A stretch of 64,000 nucleotides of DNA from the NCBI RefSeq assembly GCF_037042905.1, contig NC_087263.1, positions 8,124,001-8,188,000 of the forward strand, read 5' to 3'. The DNA comes from Lytechinus pictus (Eukaryota). A program made the position numbers and the translations under genes. The notes beneath the pieces were generated by a model. It had not been told where the DNA came from, searched no databases, and saw only the letters and a program-made list of their open reading frames with translations. Shown here piece after piece: positions 14,419 to 27,400 of this stretch (its first letter is position 1; every line of letters starts with the position of its first letter).

Positions 14419-17400
14419 TCAATGGTAGTAGGACGATAGTAGGCATATCAGCCAGGGAAAGTGTTCCCTGTTGGAAGACGACCTACAGGCAAAATCTACA
14501 ACCTTTATTACTAATGATAGGCAAATAATCACCGTTGGTGAAGGTGATGGGCAAACTATCACTTCAGAGGCGAGCTGGATATAGCTATATCTTTCCGAAG
14601 CGAAGCTGAGGAAAGATAGCGTGAACATCCAGCTTGACGGGGAAGTGATAGTTTGCCTCGTCACCTGAAACCAAGAAATGAACGTATACTTTATATTCCA
14701 CATCTATAATCCACATTTAAAACCTTTCAATAGGAGGGGGAAACAATAATTTTATACAAAATCCAAGGTTTCCTTAAAAAAAATCATTAAATTCGTCGAT
14801 GCCTGAGTGTGAGTTTACGATTTAAGTGCGCGCGATCTAGCTGCTGCGCTTGCCAAACTTGGCTTGTAAGCGCACGGATCCAGCGTTGTCTTTATTATGA
14901 CGTTTATTGTTGGTGTGCGTATCATTTCAGGTTTTTGACATGCGAACCGATTCTGCACCACGAGCTAACAGTGTGTAAACGCGGTGCAAGATAAACCAAA
15001 AGCCGATTCTGCATCGGCTTTTGGTTCTGAACCAAAAGCTGATTAAGTGTAAACACGGTGTATGATGTCACAAATGTGATGAAGAAAAATGGAGAATGAT
15101 GGACCAGGGGCGGATCCAGGATTTTCCAAAAGGGGGGGGGGGCAACTTTTTCGGTCGAAAATTTTGACAAGCCCCCCCCCCCCCAAAAAAAAAAAAAAAA
15201 AAAAAAATAGTTTTCAACCACAATTTTGGGATATTTCGTACCCGAAAAAAAATTGACAAGCAAACAAAAAATAATGTTCCTCAAAGGTGCCCCTCCCCTG
15301 GATCCTCGCCTGTGATGGACCTAAAAGTTTTTTAATGGCTTTTTGGCCCCTACACATTTATTTCATTTCGCGCATGCTACACAAGGCTTATCGCGCGAAA
15401 ATACATGTACGTGGTGAACTGAGTTCGATCTAGATCTAAATATCGTAGATAAACTAGATCTGCTCGTTCTAGGTATTAATATTATAAATGTTCCTAATTC
15501 TGGCCTTTATTTAGCCCCGAATTCTAACCTTACATTTCCTGGATAGAATCCAGATCTAGATCTTAAAATTATTAAGACATGATCGTTCTCAAGTTAGATA
15601 TTAGAAGTTTTTATTCTAAAGTTACTCACCCATATCATGTCATGTTGCAATGATCCAAAATCAAATCCATTAGAAAGGAAGATAATCAATTTGATCCAAT
15701 GTATCCATACACAGCAAAAAGTACGGTGTTAACCGGTGTACATAGAGGACCACACCGGTTGTTTTACACCGGTGTTAAATTTACAGTGTTAGTTTAACAC
15801 CTATAGGTGTTATTACAACACCTTTGGTTGTTACATTTACACTCTATGGTATTATGTCCAATCCCTAGGGTGTAATTTCAACACCTCAGGGTGTGGTCCT
15901 CTATTAACACCAACTGGTGTCAGTTTTAACACCACAGTTTTTACAGCTTATGATCCAATTGGCAAAGATTTAAAAAAAGACTAATTTATGATCGTTCAAA
16001 GAGTCACTGTAATTAGTTTAACAAGGTTATCAACTAGGTTATATAAACTCGAAGATGAAGAAGAAATAACACAGTCACAACAATACGTCTAAGAACAAAA
16101 TTCAAAACAACATATTTACAGAGAGGGTCCTTGTGTTTTGGGCCTAATTGTAAATTTTGACCACACAGTAAACTGAAAAGTTGCACTTCTGTGCGGACTG
16201 TGCACAAGGCCTACGTTTTTGTTTTCTCTGGCCGGGGGCTGATGTTCCTTGCCTAGAGCCGGAGGCTGAGCGACAGGTGAGGTGGACCATTAGAATCATC
16301 AGAGTTGGACCTGGCGTCGCTAGTGGCAGTAAATCTAGAGCCAGTGGGTGAGATGGCTGTTCTAAATCTTGGTTTTTACTTTGCTGACCAAGACCAAGAG
16401 CAGAATAAATTGTTTCATTAATTTTCATCTTCTGCTGGTCACTGGTTTGTGCGTAATGCTTAATGTTTGTTTCTGATTTATGCCCCGAAAACGATATAGT
16501 GCTCACACATCTCGCTCGCCGAGCTGCAGCGCCGGTACAGGCCGGCCAAATACTATCAACTCAAACAGATTGTGACGTAACAAAGGAAATTACGGCCTTT
16601 GTCACTGCATGTGATGGAAAATGAAAGACCAAAAATGGGTGTGGCAAGTTTTTTTTTTCTTGCGTCCCCAAAATAATTGAAAACGCGTTGAAAAACTTCA
16701 TTGACCGCTGAAGAGATCAGCGAAACTCAAAAGTTCCATCACCACTAGTGATGGTTGATGATGGGGGAAACTACCATTTATCACGTGATTGACTTTTGAC
16801 CAATCCTATTGCTAAATTCTTAGTATGTGGAGATACGAAAATATCACAATGATCGTTAACTGCATTTTCTTGAAGGAATGTGTTTTCACATAGGTAATTT
16901 CAGTGTTGCATTGCATCACCACAATGATTTTCAGTCGAACCATGAAGAAACACTTATAATGTAAAAAGACATACATTTTTACCTATCTAAGTTATTCAAA
17001 ACAAATTACCGAGATAACAGAAGCGAAAATGCAATTTCCACTTACCACTTCAATTCAACACTGGCGTAAATCTAACTTCAATTGAAGGAAACAATTCGAA
17101 ATTTGGGCTTATTAAGGTAAGGCCTGTTTCACACTTTAGATGAATATTAATTCATATTTTGCCGACAATGATTTAGCCATTATGTCATTTGTAACATTCG
17201 AAATTAAAACTTAGGTAATATACTAACCCATTGTTTGAAATTATTTTTGAATAAACACATTTCCTCATTGCATTGTCTCCTGTGTCAGCATTTACAAACT
17301 GTTAATTGTAGTTTTTGAAGTTTGAAGTAATGAATTATATATTTCATATCAATCAATCATATCTGTCACTATGATGTAATTTATTTTTGGTATTTTTTGT

Positions 17401-20400
17401 GGGAGTGGTATATAGGCCCTATGTACAATGAAATATTTTTTTCGAGTATTCATTTTAAGAAAGGGGGAATGGGGGAAGAGAGATATCACCATCCCAATTG
17501 TTGCATATGCAGCTACCTAACGTGCATATAAATATTTCAAGAACTAGTATTCTTTTCTCATTTTTAACTATCTAACTATCTATCCAAATGCTTAGGAGTA
17601 ATCAATGTTATAATTCATAGAAATTATTTTATTATGATTGCACCAACTTTCAGATATTCTCAATGGAATCCCGGTAACCCGGATAATTATTTAGGGAACG
17701 AACATTGTGTGGACAGGCATGTGAACACAGGCGCTTGGAATGATCGACCTTGCAGCATTCAAAAAAGATTTGTCTGCGAGAAACCAAAAGGTAGGCCGAC
17801 ATCAATTAGGTAATGAAACAAACACATTTCTCCTTTTCATATTGTTAAAGGCGGAGTGAACTGTGTCTGGTCTCTTAATGACTTTGTGTTATAAATGCAT
17901 AGTCTTAAAATATACCTTTTCAGATATGTACTTATACTACAGAGAATAAATTGACCTGTAATTGTATATAGAAACTAAAATGCTTTGAGAGGAAAAGTAA
18001 TTTTTTTGCTACTTGGTAACATAATTATTGTGGTACAAATGTATTGAGTAGTTAATTAGCATGTTATCATTAAAATGGGTCTATATTACTCGACTACACT
18101 AGCATTATCGGTCAGGAAACTGGCCAGGTATGAGTAGTTGAGGACTCGAGATGGCGCTATTGGTTCGTATCTGTTTTAATACCTGCATGGATTTTCGATT
18201 TATAATTTTACACCCCGATGGAGTGACATTTTTCTCCGGGGGTGGGGGCACTTCCATTGACGAGTGGATACCATTCGTGACCATGGGGTTTCGAAAAGGG
18301 TAAATTGCCAATTCGTCCATTCACCACATGGTCTACCTTTATTTAGTCTAATGCCATTCCGTCCATTAAAATTTCGTCTAACAACCATTTGTTCCAATCA
18401 TCACTTCATCGAGTCATCATTTCGTCTATTACCATTTCGTCAAATAACCAGTTGGTCTTATACCAATTTTCTTTTCATTCATTTTCCACAATTAACACTT
18501 TAGTTTAATTAGACCAAATGGTATAGCTATTGGACCACTATTCATTAGACGGAATGGCAATAGACTAAATAAGAGTAGACCATGTGGTGAGTAGACGAAC
18601 TGATGATAGACCAAATGGTAGTAGACGAGTCGGCAATTGGACGAATTGGCATCAGACGAATTGGAAATAAACCTCGAAAAGTACCCTAAACAAGTATATT
18701 CCATGTTCTGAAAATGCACCACTTAACAAGTATTGGCGAGTGAAACCATACCCTTAAAGGCCAAGTCCACTTCAGAAAAATATTGAATTTAATCAACAGA
18801 AAAAATCAAACAAGCATAAAATTGAAAATTTCATCAAAATCAGATGTAAAACAAGAAAGTTATGACATTTTAAAGTTTCGCTTATTTTTCACGAAACAGT
18901 TATATGCACAACTCGGTGACATGCAAATGAGAGAGTCAATGATGTCCATCACTCATTATTTTGTTTTTCATTGTTTGAATTATACAATATTTCATTTTTT
19001 ACAGATTTGACATTAAGGACTGTTACGATACTGCAACAAATAACAGTGAAAAATATTTTTTTTATTTGATTTCCTTTTTTTAATTACAGAAAATATAACA
19101 ATCATAAACTAACAAAACATAAATAAATATTCATCTTACATCTCTTGAAGTGACAGTTCTGAATTTATTCCAAATGATAATATCCAGGTTAGGTGGCAAA
19201 GGCTCCTTAAATTAATGTCCACAAAGCTGGCGATGATTAAATTGATGTTGAAGCACGATGAATAACAAGAGTCACTGTAACAAGTTGAAATGTCTGTGAA
19301 GACGATGTTGATGATGATTAACAGTCAATTTCAGCAATTCATTCTCCTTCTTTCTGGAGCAATCAAATTCTAGAAGACTCTTGAATGACATCAGTGAAAT
19401 TAACGTATCAACAACATAGCTAATCCTATTGATCATTTCAACTACCACTGGAATCTCTTTGCGTTGCAGTCTCTATTCAGAAATAAAATTCCTCGGCCTT
19501 TAAATAGGTGCAGGCATGCCTAACAATGCATTACAAAGACATTCTGGAATATTCTTAATCATTCTATGCTATGAATATCCTTAAAGAGAAAATAACTGAA
19601 TAAATGAATGTAATTTCTCTTACAATTCTTTTTATATATAACAGGACCAACTCTAATGATTCATAAAATGCTAAACGTGTTCAGGGAGGAATATCATTTT
19701 ATTCCTTAGGAAATTAAGGGGAAAAAATATAATATTTCATATTTCCTACATGAAATACAAAAGAAATAGTGAGTGGATGACGTCATCACTCTCTCCATTT
19801 CCATACCGACCAGTTTGCGCATATAACAGTTTTGTGAAATTAAGGGAAACTTTACGATGTCATAACTTTCTTATTTTATATCCGATTTTGATGAAATTTT
19901 CAGTACAGTATGCTTGTTGGATTTTTCTTGTTTTATTCAAATCAATTTTATGTTGGGGTGGATTTGTCCTTTAACAAGTATTAGAAACAAAACGGTAACC
20001 TTTTCAGGTATTCCCTGAATTATCCTCCTAAACAAGTACAACGACATCTTAATTGTTATGTCGCGGACGTCATCACGGATATGTAACCAAATTAAATTAA
20101 CTAGGGTATTGTAAAAGGGGCAGGGATTTATAATCGTAACGCCATATTTCAAAATTGCACCGAAGGGATACACAGAATTGCACGTATGACACAAACCTAT
20201 ACCTTGTTATATTCATCTTTCTTATTGGCCTTTTATTCATTAATTTCTTTTCCCATCCTATTTCTCACTTCTTGAAAAATATTACGACCCCCCCCCCCCT
20301 GTCATAGCACCATCCATACTTTGGAAGGGGAATCAAATGTTATTTACTGAAATTGCATGAGGTTATCCATTTTCATCATACTATAAACACGCATATGCAT

Positions 20401-23400
20401 CCAGATTGCAAAGTATAGGGATTTTTTTTGTAATTTCGCCTTAAAATGCCTTCAGTTGTTAGTGATCAAAATTCAATTGCACTCGTGAAAACATTAACCA
20501 TTTTATAGTTTAGAATGTATGTGGCAGCACAAGAACATTTCCCTTAAAAATCTACTGGGGGATGTTTTACGATAGCCAAATAAAGTAAATGTGCTCAATT
20601 AATTTCCACAAGACGACACCTTTTGGCCAGCTCTTAACATGAAAAATATTAAGCTGTTCTTGCTTGTAGGTTTAAGATTTTAAACTATACTTCTTTTATG
20701 TACTTCAAGTTAAATGTCTCGTAAGGTTCCCAACAAAATAGACTTATTATATTGGGGCTTTAATTCTCAATCGTCGAGACAACTAATCATGAAATCTAAG
20801 CAAAGATAATTTTATTTGTTTTTGAGTACGTAATTCAGACTAATACTTTCAAACTGCTACTTTGCTTTCCGCTCGTTATGATTCTACCCTCCCCCACCCC
20901 CTCCCCACCCCCATTTCAAATTAATCCTGCAACTCTTCTCACGACATATTTAGGTTTGCAGCCGGTTAATTATTTCTGATTTGTAATAATAATAATAACA
21001 AGTGGAACGCCTCTGGTAGTCTCGCCTACATTACGCAATTCGATATAGCAGCAGTGCTGCCTTTGAAAACAGCTAATGAATAATTATTCACAGAAAAAAA
21101 ACACTATCATGATAATACAATATGTCTATTGACCCAAAATTATATTTGACTATGATCACGTGACTTAAGACATGCACAAAACAATCATTCATACTTGATT
21201 ACCCTTACGTCGATGTTTCGTTTAGATCCATAAACTTTCGAATCAATCCCAACACGGCAAGAGTTCATTGAACTTTAAATGACCTTTGATCTTGGCCATG
21301 TTCCGAAACGCGCACAGGGTATTCAGAGATACATTGCTGCTCTTATGTGCAAGTTTCATGAACTAGATTCATAAACTTTTAAAGTTATGATGACAGTTCC
21401 AAATATATCCCCAACATTACCAAAGGTTTTTTACCCTAAATGACCTTAGACCTTGGCCATGTGACCGGAAACTTGCACAGGATGTTCAAGGATACTAAAT
21501 TGTTCTCCTGTCTAAGTTTCATGAACTAGATCCATAAAATTTTAAAGTTGTGATGACAATTGCTCCAATAACCCGACCATTGACCCTACGTGACCTTTGA
21601 CCTTAATCATGTGCCCTGAAAGTCAGGCAGGATCTTCAATGATACACTGTTACCCTTATGTCTATGTTTTATGAACTAGGTCTATATAATTTCGAAGTTA
21701 TGACACCATTTCAAAAACTCAACCTTGGTTAAGATTTCGATATTGATTCCCCCGACATGGTCTAAGTTCATTGACCCTAAATGACCTTTGACCTTGATCA
21801 TGTGACCTGAAACTCAAGCAGGATGTTTAGTAATACTTGATTACCCCTATGTTCAAGTATCATGAACTAGGTCCATATATCGATCCTGGGGGGGGGGGGC
21901 TGATCGCCCCACCAATGAAAATATTGTGGGGGGCAAACATATCGTTTTGCCCTCCCCCCATGATTCCGCATGTGCAAAAAAAATAAGATTGTAATGTTAC
22001 ACATAAATCAGCAAGCAAGAATGAGATACACAACTCGTTCTAGATTCAAAATAGTGCTCAAAATGTCCGCTTTTCAGATTGGAATATAAAAATTTTCAGC
22101 TCGCGCTTCGCGCTCGCATCATTTCTGTAACAAAAACATAGGCGGATCCCCCCCTATTGGCGGAGCAACAAAAAAAGGAAAGAAAGGATAACAAAAAGAA
22201 AAAAGGGGGGGGGGGGAAGAGAGGAGAAAAAAGAAGAGGAGGAAGTCAAGTGAATAAAATAAGATTAGGGGGAGACTTGGAAAATAAAAAAATATATTTC
22301 ATGTCACTATATGAAATTTTCACTCGCACATCGCGCTCGCATTGCCTGTTAGGTGATTTTCATATCCTGTTCCATATGGAGTTTAAATATCAAGTTTGGA
22401 AGTCAATATACAAACCATATTTCACCTCGGAAATCGAACTTCATTATTTTGTGTGATTTACAAATTGATTTTCATAAAGTGTTCTGTAAAAATGGTTTAA
22501 TGGTCTGAAATTTACATTTTATGCGCGCTCGCAAATTTTGATTTATCAGGTACCTATTATTTTCGTGTATTCCATAAAGTTGTCAAAATATCCCTTTTCA
22601 GGTCTGTTTGTCAAAACGAATCAGCCAGCGCTGCACGCTCGCATTTTGATTATACAAATTGATTATACAACAAACTACTTAAAATCCCCTTTTCATGATA
22701 GTTTATCAAAAATATTGGCTCGCAATTTTTGCTCGTATTGGTGGTTGAAAATATATTAACTGATGCATCCTATTTATGATTACACAAGTGCTTTTCACTT
22801 TTCAGGCCATATTATCATCAGATTTAGCGCCGTAATTAGGCATTAATGAATAAGATATTAATTTATTAATTGAAATTGTCCCTTTTGTTTCATCTCGCGC
22901 TTAGCAAGAGGGATAGGAAGATAGTCGTAATTTTCATATGATGACATGTCCTAAGGATGTCCAGGTCCTATGTCAAAACTCATATATAGTAATACAAATA
23001 TCAGGTCTTTGTTAGGTGCGATTCATATCCACCTCATAATTTTCCTAAAAAGCTTGATATATAGCGCTGAAATTGACTTTTTTTCCAGATGGGAATATCA
23101 ACTAGTTTAAGCTCGCGCTTCGCGTTCGCTTTGATTTTCATGATAAAAGATGTATTAAGAATGCGTAGATTCTAGGTCTAAATATGAAACACGCGTGCGC
23201 ATGTTAATTCAGATACTCAAGTTGTTCTCTATTTAAATCAGTATCCAGTTTCAGAGCTCGCACTTTGTGCTCGCATTATTCATTTAATTGGAAGATCCCC
23301 AATTATAACCCTTTTCACGATTTACAAAACATGAATAGAGTGTCTCGGTCAATAGGTCTAAATCTCGAAATTTTCCGCTCGCGTTTCGCGCTCCCATCAA

Positions 23401-24387
23401 TTGTTTGATTATATACCTATTTCGTTTAAGTTACAAACAGTGCTTAGAATTTCCATTCTTTAGGTAAAAAAATCAAAAATTTTCAGCTCGCGTTTCGCGC
23501 TTGCATTAATATTTGATTGTTGAAATACCCATGTAACTTCTTCATGGCTAAGTGCAAGCAGTCTTTAACAGATATCTCTTCCATCGGTTCATTTCTGCTC
23601 CCGCTTCGCGTTCGTAGTAATTATTTAGTTGCATACATATCTTTTTAAGGACAGCAAACATTGCCCGGAATGTTCAAGTTTTAGGAAAGGATAGATAAGA
23701 TTTCCCAAAAAAAATTAGCTCACGCTTCGCGCTCGCATTATATAAATGAGGATTATGATATATTTATGTTGATTTATAAGAATAAAAATAAAAAGTGACT
23801 ATTAGGAGTACCCCTTCAAGGACCCCAAAAATCATCTTCGAGCAGTCGATCGGGAAAAATATGGCTGAAAAAAAATTCCGGGCCCCCCCCCCCTATTGAC
23901 GAAGGCTGGATCCGCCCCTGCAAAAACCTATACTTTTCACTATTAAATAGGCGAATATAATGTCCCGTTTTGAGTTCTAAACCTCAAAAGAACTCCTGCT
24001 TTGATTTGTAATAATCTTTTCTTGGATATATATCTTATTCTTTATTAAAAACGTCCATTAAACTGTCAATTTTTTTCGGGTCGAAATGTCAAAATTTTGA
24101 GCACGCGCTTCGCGCTCGCATCTATTGTTCTTTTAGATACCCATCTTTAATAATCATTAGTGCCAAAAATGCTTACAATATCAAGCTTTCAGGTCAGAAT
24201 ATAAAAGAAAATCAACATGCTCGCGGCACTCGCATTATCTGCGTAGTGAGATATGTATCCTCCGCATGAGTTACTACAAACTGTCCTAAACAGGTACCTT
24301 TTTCCTGTTTATAGGTCAGTATACTAAAAATTTCAGCTCGCGCTTCGCATTAATTTGTTGGTGAGATATGTGTCTCTTTCTCATGAG

Positions 24388-24447
<60 letters not shown>

Positions 24448-27400
24448 CAATTTAATTCAATTTATTTATTCAACCACCATCAGGTACATACAATTACATA
24501 AATACATACAAATATAACAATAGAATGATGGTTTGGTGACCCCGGAGAAAGCAGAGCTTATAAAAAGGGGCCACCGAGTTCAAATGTACACTGAAAATAT
24601 ACAATAAATAATGATAATTACACTAAGTACACCGATGCAACAGCCGAAAAAAAAGGGGGGGGGGAGGGACTTTCAATGAGATAAAAACAAATAATTTACT
24701 GAAGGTTTTTTAAACACAGGTTAATAATTTTCTAATAAGTCTCTTAAACCAAGAAAGAGTTGAACTGGATTTTATATCAGAGGGGAGGTTATTCCATAAC
24801 TTAGGAAAACAAGTTTTAAAGGAATTTAAAGATATAGTTGATCGAGCTAAGGGTATATGAATTTGAATGCTTTGACGAGTATAATGAGAGTGTATCGTAG
24901 AGTTTTGGACAAAAATGTCATTGAAAAGGGGAGACAAGATTTTAGCATAAAATTCATACATAAATACGAGGGAATTAAATGATATCAAGTCCTGTAATGG
25001 CATTATGTTCAGTTGAGAAAATAGAGGCTTTGTATGAGTGCGGTAGGGAGCGTTTGAAATAATGCGAACTACTTTTTTTGTAAAATACATAGTTTATCTA
25101 AGTGTGATTTGAAGGTGTAGCCCAAGACAACATTGCAATAGTTCAAATGGGGTAGTATGATGCTATTATATAAAGTAATCAAAATTGATTTGGGAACATA
25201 ATGTCGTAACTTGGAAAGAACACCAATGGATCTTGATATCTTTGTTCTAATAGAAATAATATTAGATTTCCAAGAGAGATGTTCGTTTAAAGTCACACCA
25301 AGGAATTGTATATTTTTAACCCGTGTGATAAGATTACCACCAATGTGAACATCAGGAAGATTAGATGGGACATTCCTTCCTTTTGTTCGAATAATCATAT
25401 ATTTGGTCTTCTCAAGATTGAGGAATAATTTGTTGCAAGCAAACCATTTACTTAATTTATGAAATTCAATATTTGTTAACGATATATGTATATTTTTGTG
25501 TGATATTGAAACAGTGGTATCGTCAGCAAACAGAAAAAATTAAGACTTAGAGAACAATAATATATTTTTAATATATAGTTTTAATATAATCGCTAGAGGG
25601 TATTCATTTGTCTCGCAATCTACTATGGTCAACAAGGAAATTCGTGATCACTCTCGCAAAAAGTGTTCACTAGCTTACAAGTTCACGAGCTTTCGAGTGC
25701 CGCTGCAACTCTTTACCAAGTGACAAAAATTATCTGATAACGTAGTCTATTTATACCAATCCCCAGGACCGTACGCACGAACGCGGGAACAATAGGTGGG
25801 CACTGATCCGTTGTGTGATTGGTCGGGCGTTTCACTTATGTAAACAAGAAAAAGAAGTGGGCCTAATACAGATTATTGTGGAATTCCACATGATACATTA
25901 CTAAAATGGGATCTGACACCATCGATCACCACATATTGATTTTTGTGTGATAAATAACTATAAAACCATTGGAGTGGGACCCCTCTGATTCCATAAAATT
26001 CTAGTTTTTTTAACAAAATGTGGTGATCAATGGTGTCAAAGGCCTTGGATAGGTCCATAAAAACACTTAGGCAGTAATTTCCAGTGTCTATTTTGTCAGA
26101 TATCACATTAAATGAATTCAGTACACCGAGATCGGTTGAGAAGTTCTTCCGGAATCCAAACTGCTGGGGTATTAAAATGGTATCGATGGAAAGAAATTTG
26201 TTAAGTCTACTGTGAACTATTTTTCTAACAATTTGGAGAAAAAAGGCAATAATGCAATTGGTCTGTAGTTAGTAATGTCATGTTTGTCACCCTTTTTGTA
26301 AATTGGAATTACCTCAGCTGTTCTTAGTTTGTCGGGAACTATACCCTGAGAAAATGATTCATTGAAGATGTGACAGAGAGAATTGATAATAGTGTGAATG
26401 CATTCTTTGACAACACGAGCTGCTATTGAATCACAGCCCGGAGCAACTGACGATTTTATGGAAGAAAGAACATTAAGTATTTCGGTATTCGACGTTGGAT
26501 TAAAAAATAGTGATTTGGGTACATGGTTACATAAATAATCACAAAAATGCGATGAAGAAGTTTGAATTTTTCTTGAGTTACCTTTCCCATATTGATAAAA
26601 TAACGATTGAATACCTCAGCAATAGCCGATTTCTTCGAGATCTTTTCCTGATTGAAATACATATAAGATGGTAAAGTGTTTTTTCTTTTACCTAATAATT
26701 TTTTTATCCTCGACCAGGTTTTTTTCATATCACCCCTCACTTAATTAAACAAATTTTCGTAGTAAATCATTTTGCTTCGTCGAATAACACATGTTAATAA
26801 ATTCTTATATTCAACTTATTTTAATCGAGTCCGAGAGTCGCCAATTTTAATATACCGATAGTATAATTTTTGTTTTTTCTTAATGGATTTCAAAATGCCA
26901 TGTGTAATCCAGGGTTTGTCGTTTCTTTTCTTTTTAGCTTTTACAAGGGGAAACTAATCATTGTACAGGGAGCTGAACTTTTGAATAAAAAGTTATATGA
27001 CATGTTAATATCTTCATTGCTATAAATAGCATTCCAATTAGTTAAACTTAACTTTTGTTTTAATTTTGAAATATTTTCTCTTCTAATTTTCCGGGTTTTG
27101 CTACTGATTGAATGGAAAGGCAAAGATATATTATTACTCAGGCAAAATATTGGAAAATGATCCGAGAGATCCGAATAAATAATACCGCAAGTATTGTTCA
27201 TGTGGATACAGTTGGTGAATACATTATCTATCAGGGTAGCAGAATGCCTTGTTACTCGAGTTGGCTATATACAGTGCGTATAAAAAAAAAGTTTACACTT
27301 AGAAAATATCTTGTAATATTATATATTTGTAATATCCTGAAGATTTTTCCGCATTTTAACATTGGTACAGATTCATTTAAGCAAATGATGATATAACTGT

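Larger units (their letters stand above)
14440..16835 (-). mobile_element. Crypton-like (tyrosine recombinase) element relic
   Basis: Minus-strand SGHKSETNIKHYAQTSDQQK resembles YR box II of DUF3504/CryptonA. Hairpin at 14550-14657 and TCCACAT/ATGTGGA motifs. Boundaries approximate. Confidence 0.6.

Noticed and set aside
13920..14446. Poly-Val/Ser and poly-Leu/Thr ORFs
   Set aside because: These are translations of the (GTA)n microsatellite.
14419..14703. Minus-strand ORF or apparent terminal exon (GDEANYHFPVK...)
   Set aside because: It coincides with the hairpin of the Crypton-like element and has no recognisable domain.
21140..21870. CRISPR-like or independent satellite array
   Set aside because: Eukaryotic context; the whole unit repeats with no unique spacers and lies inside a DINE-like element.
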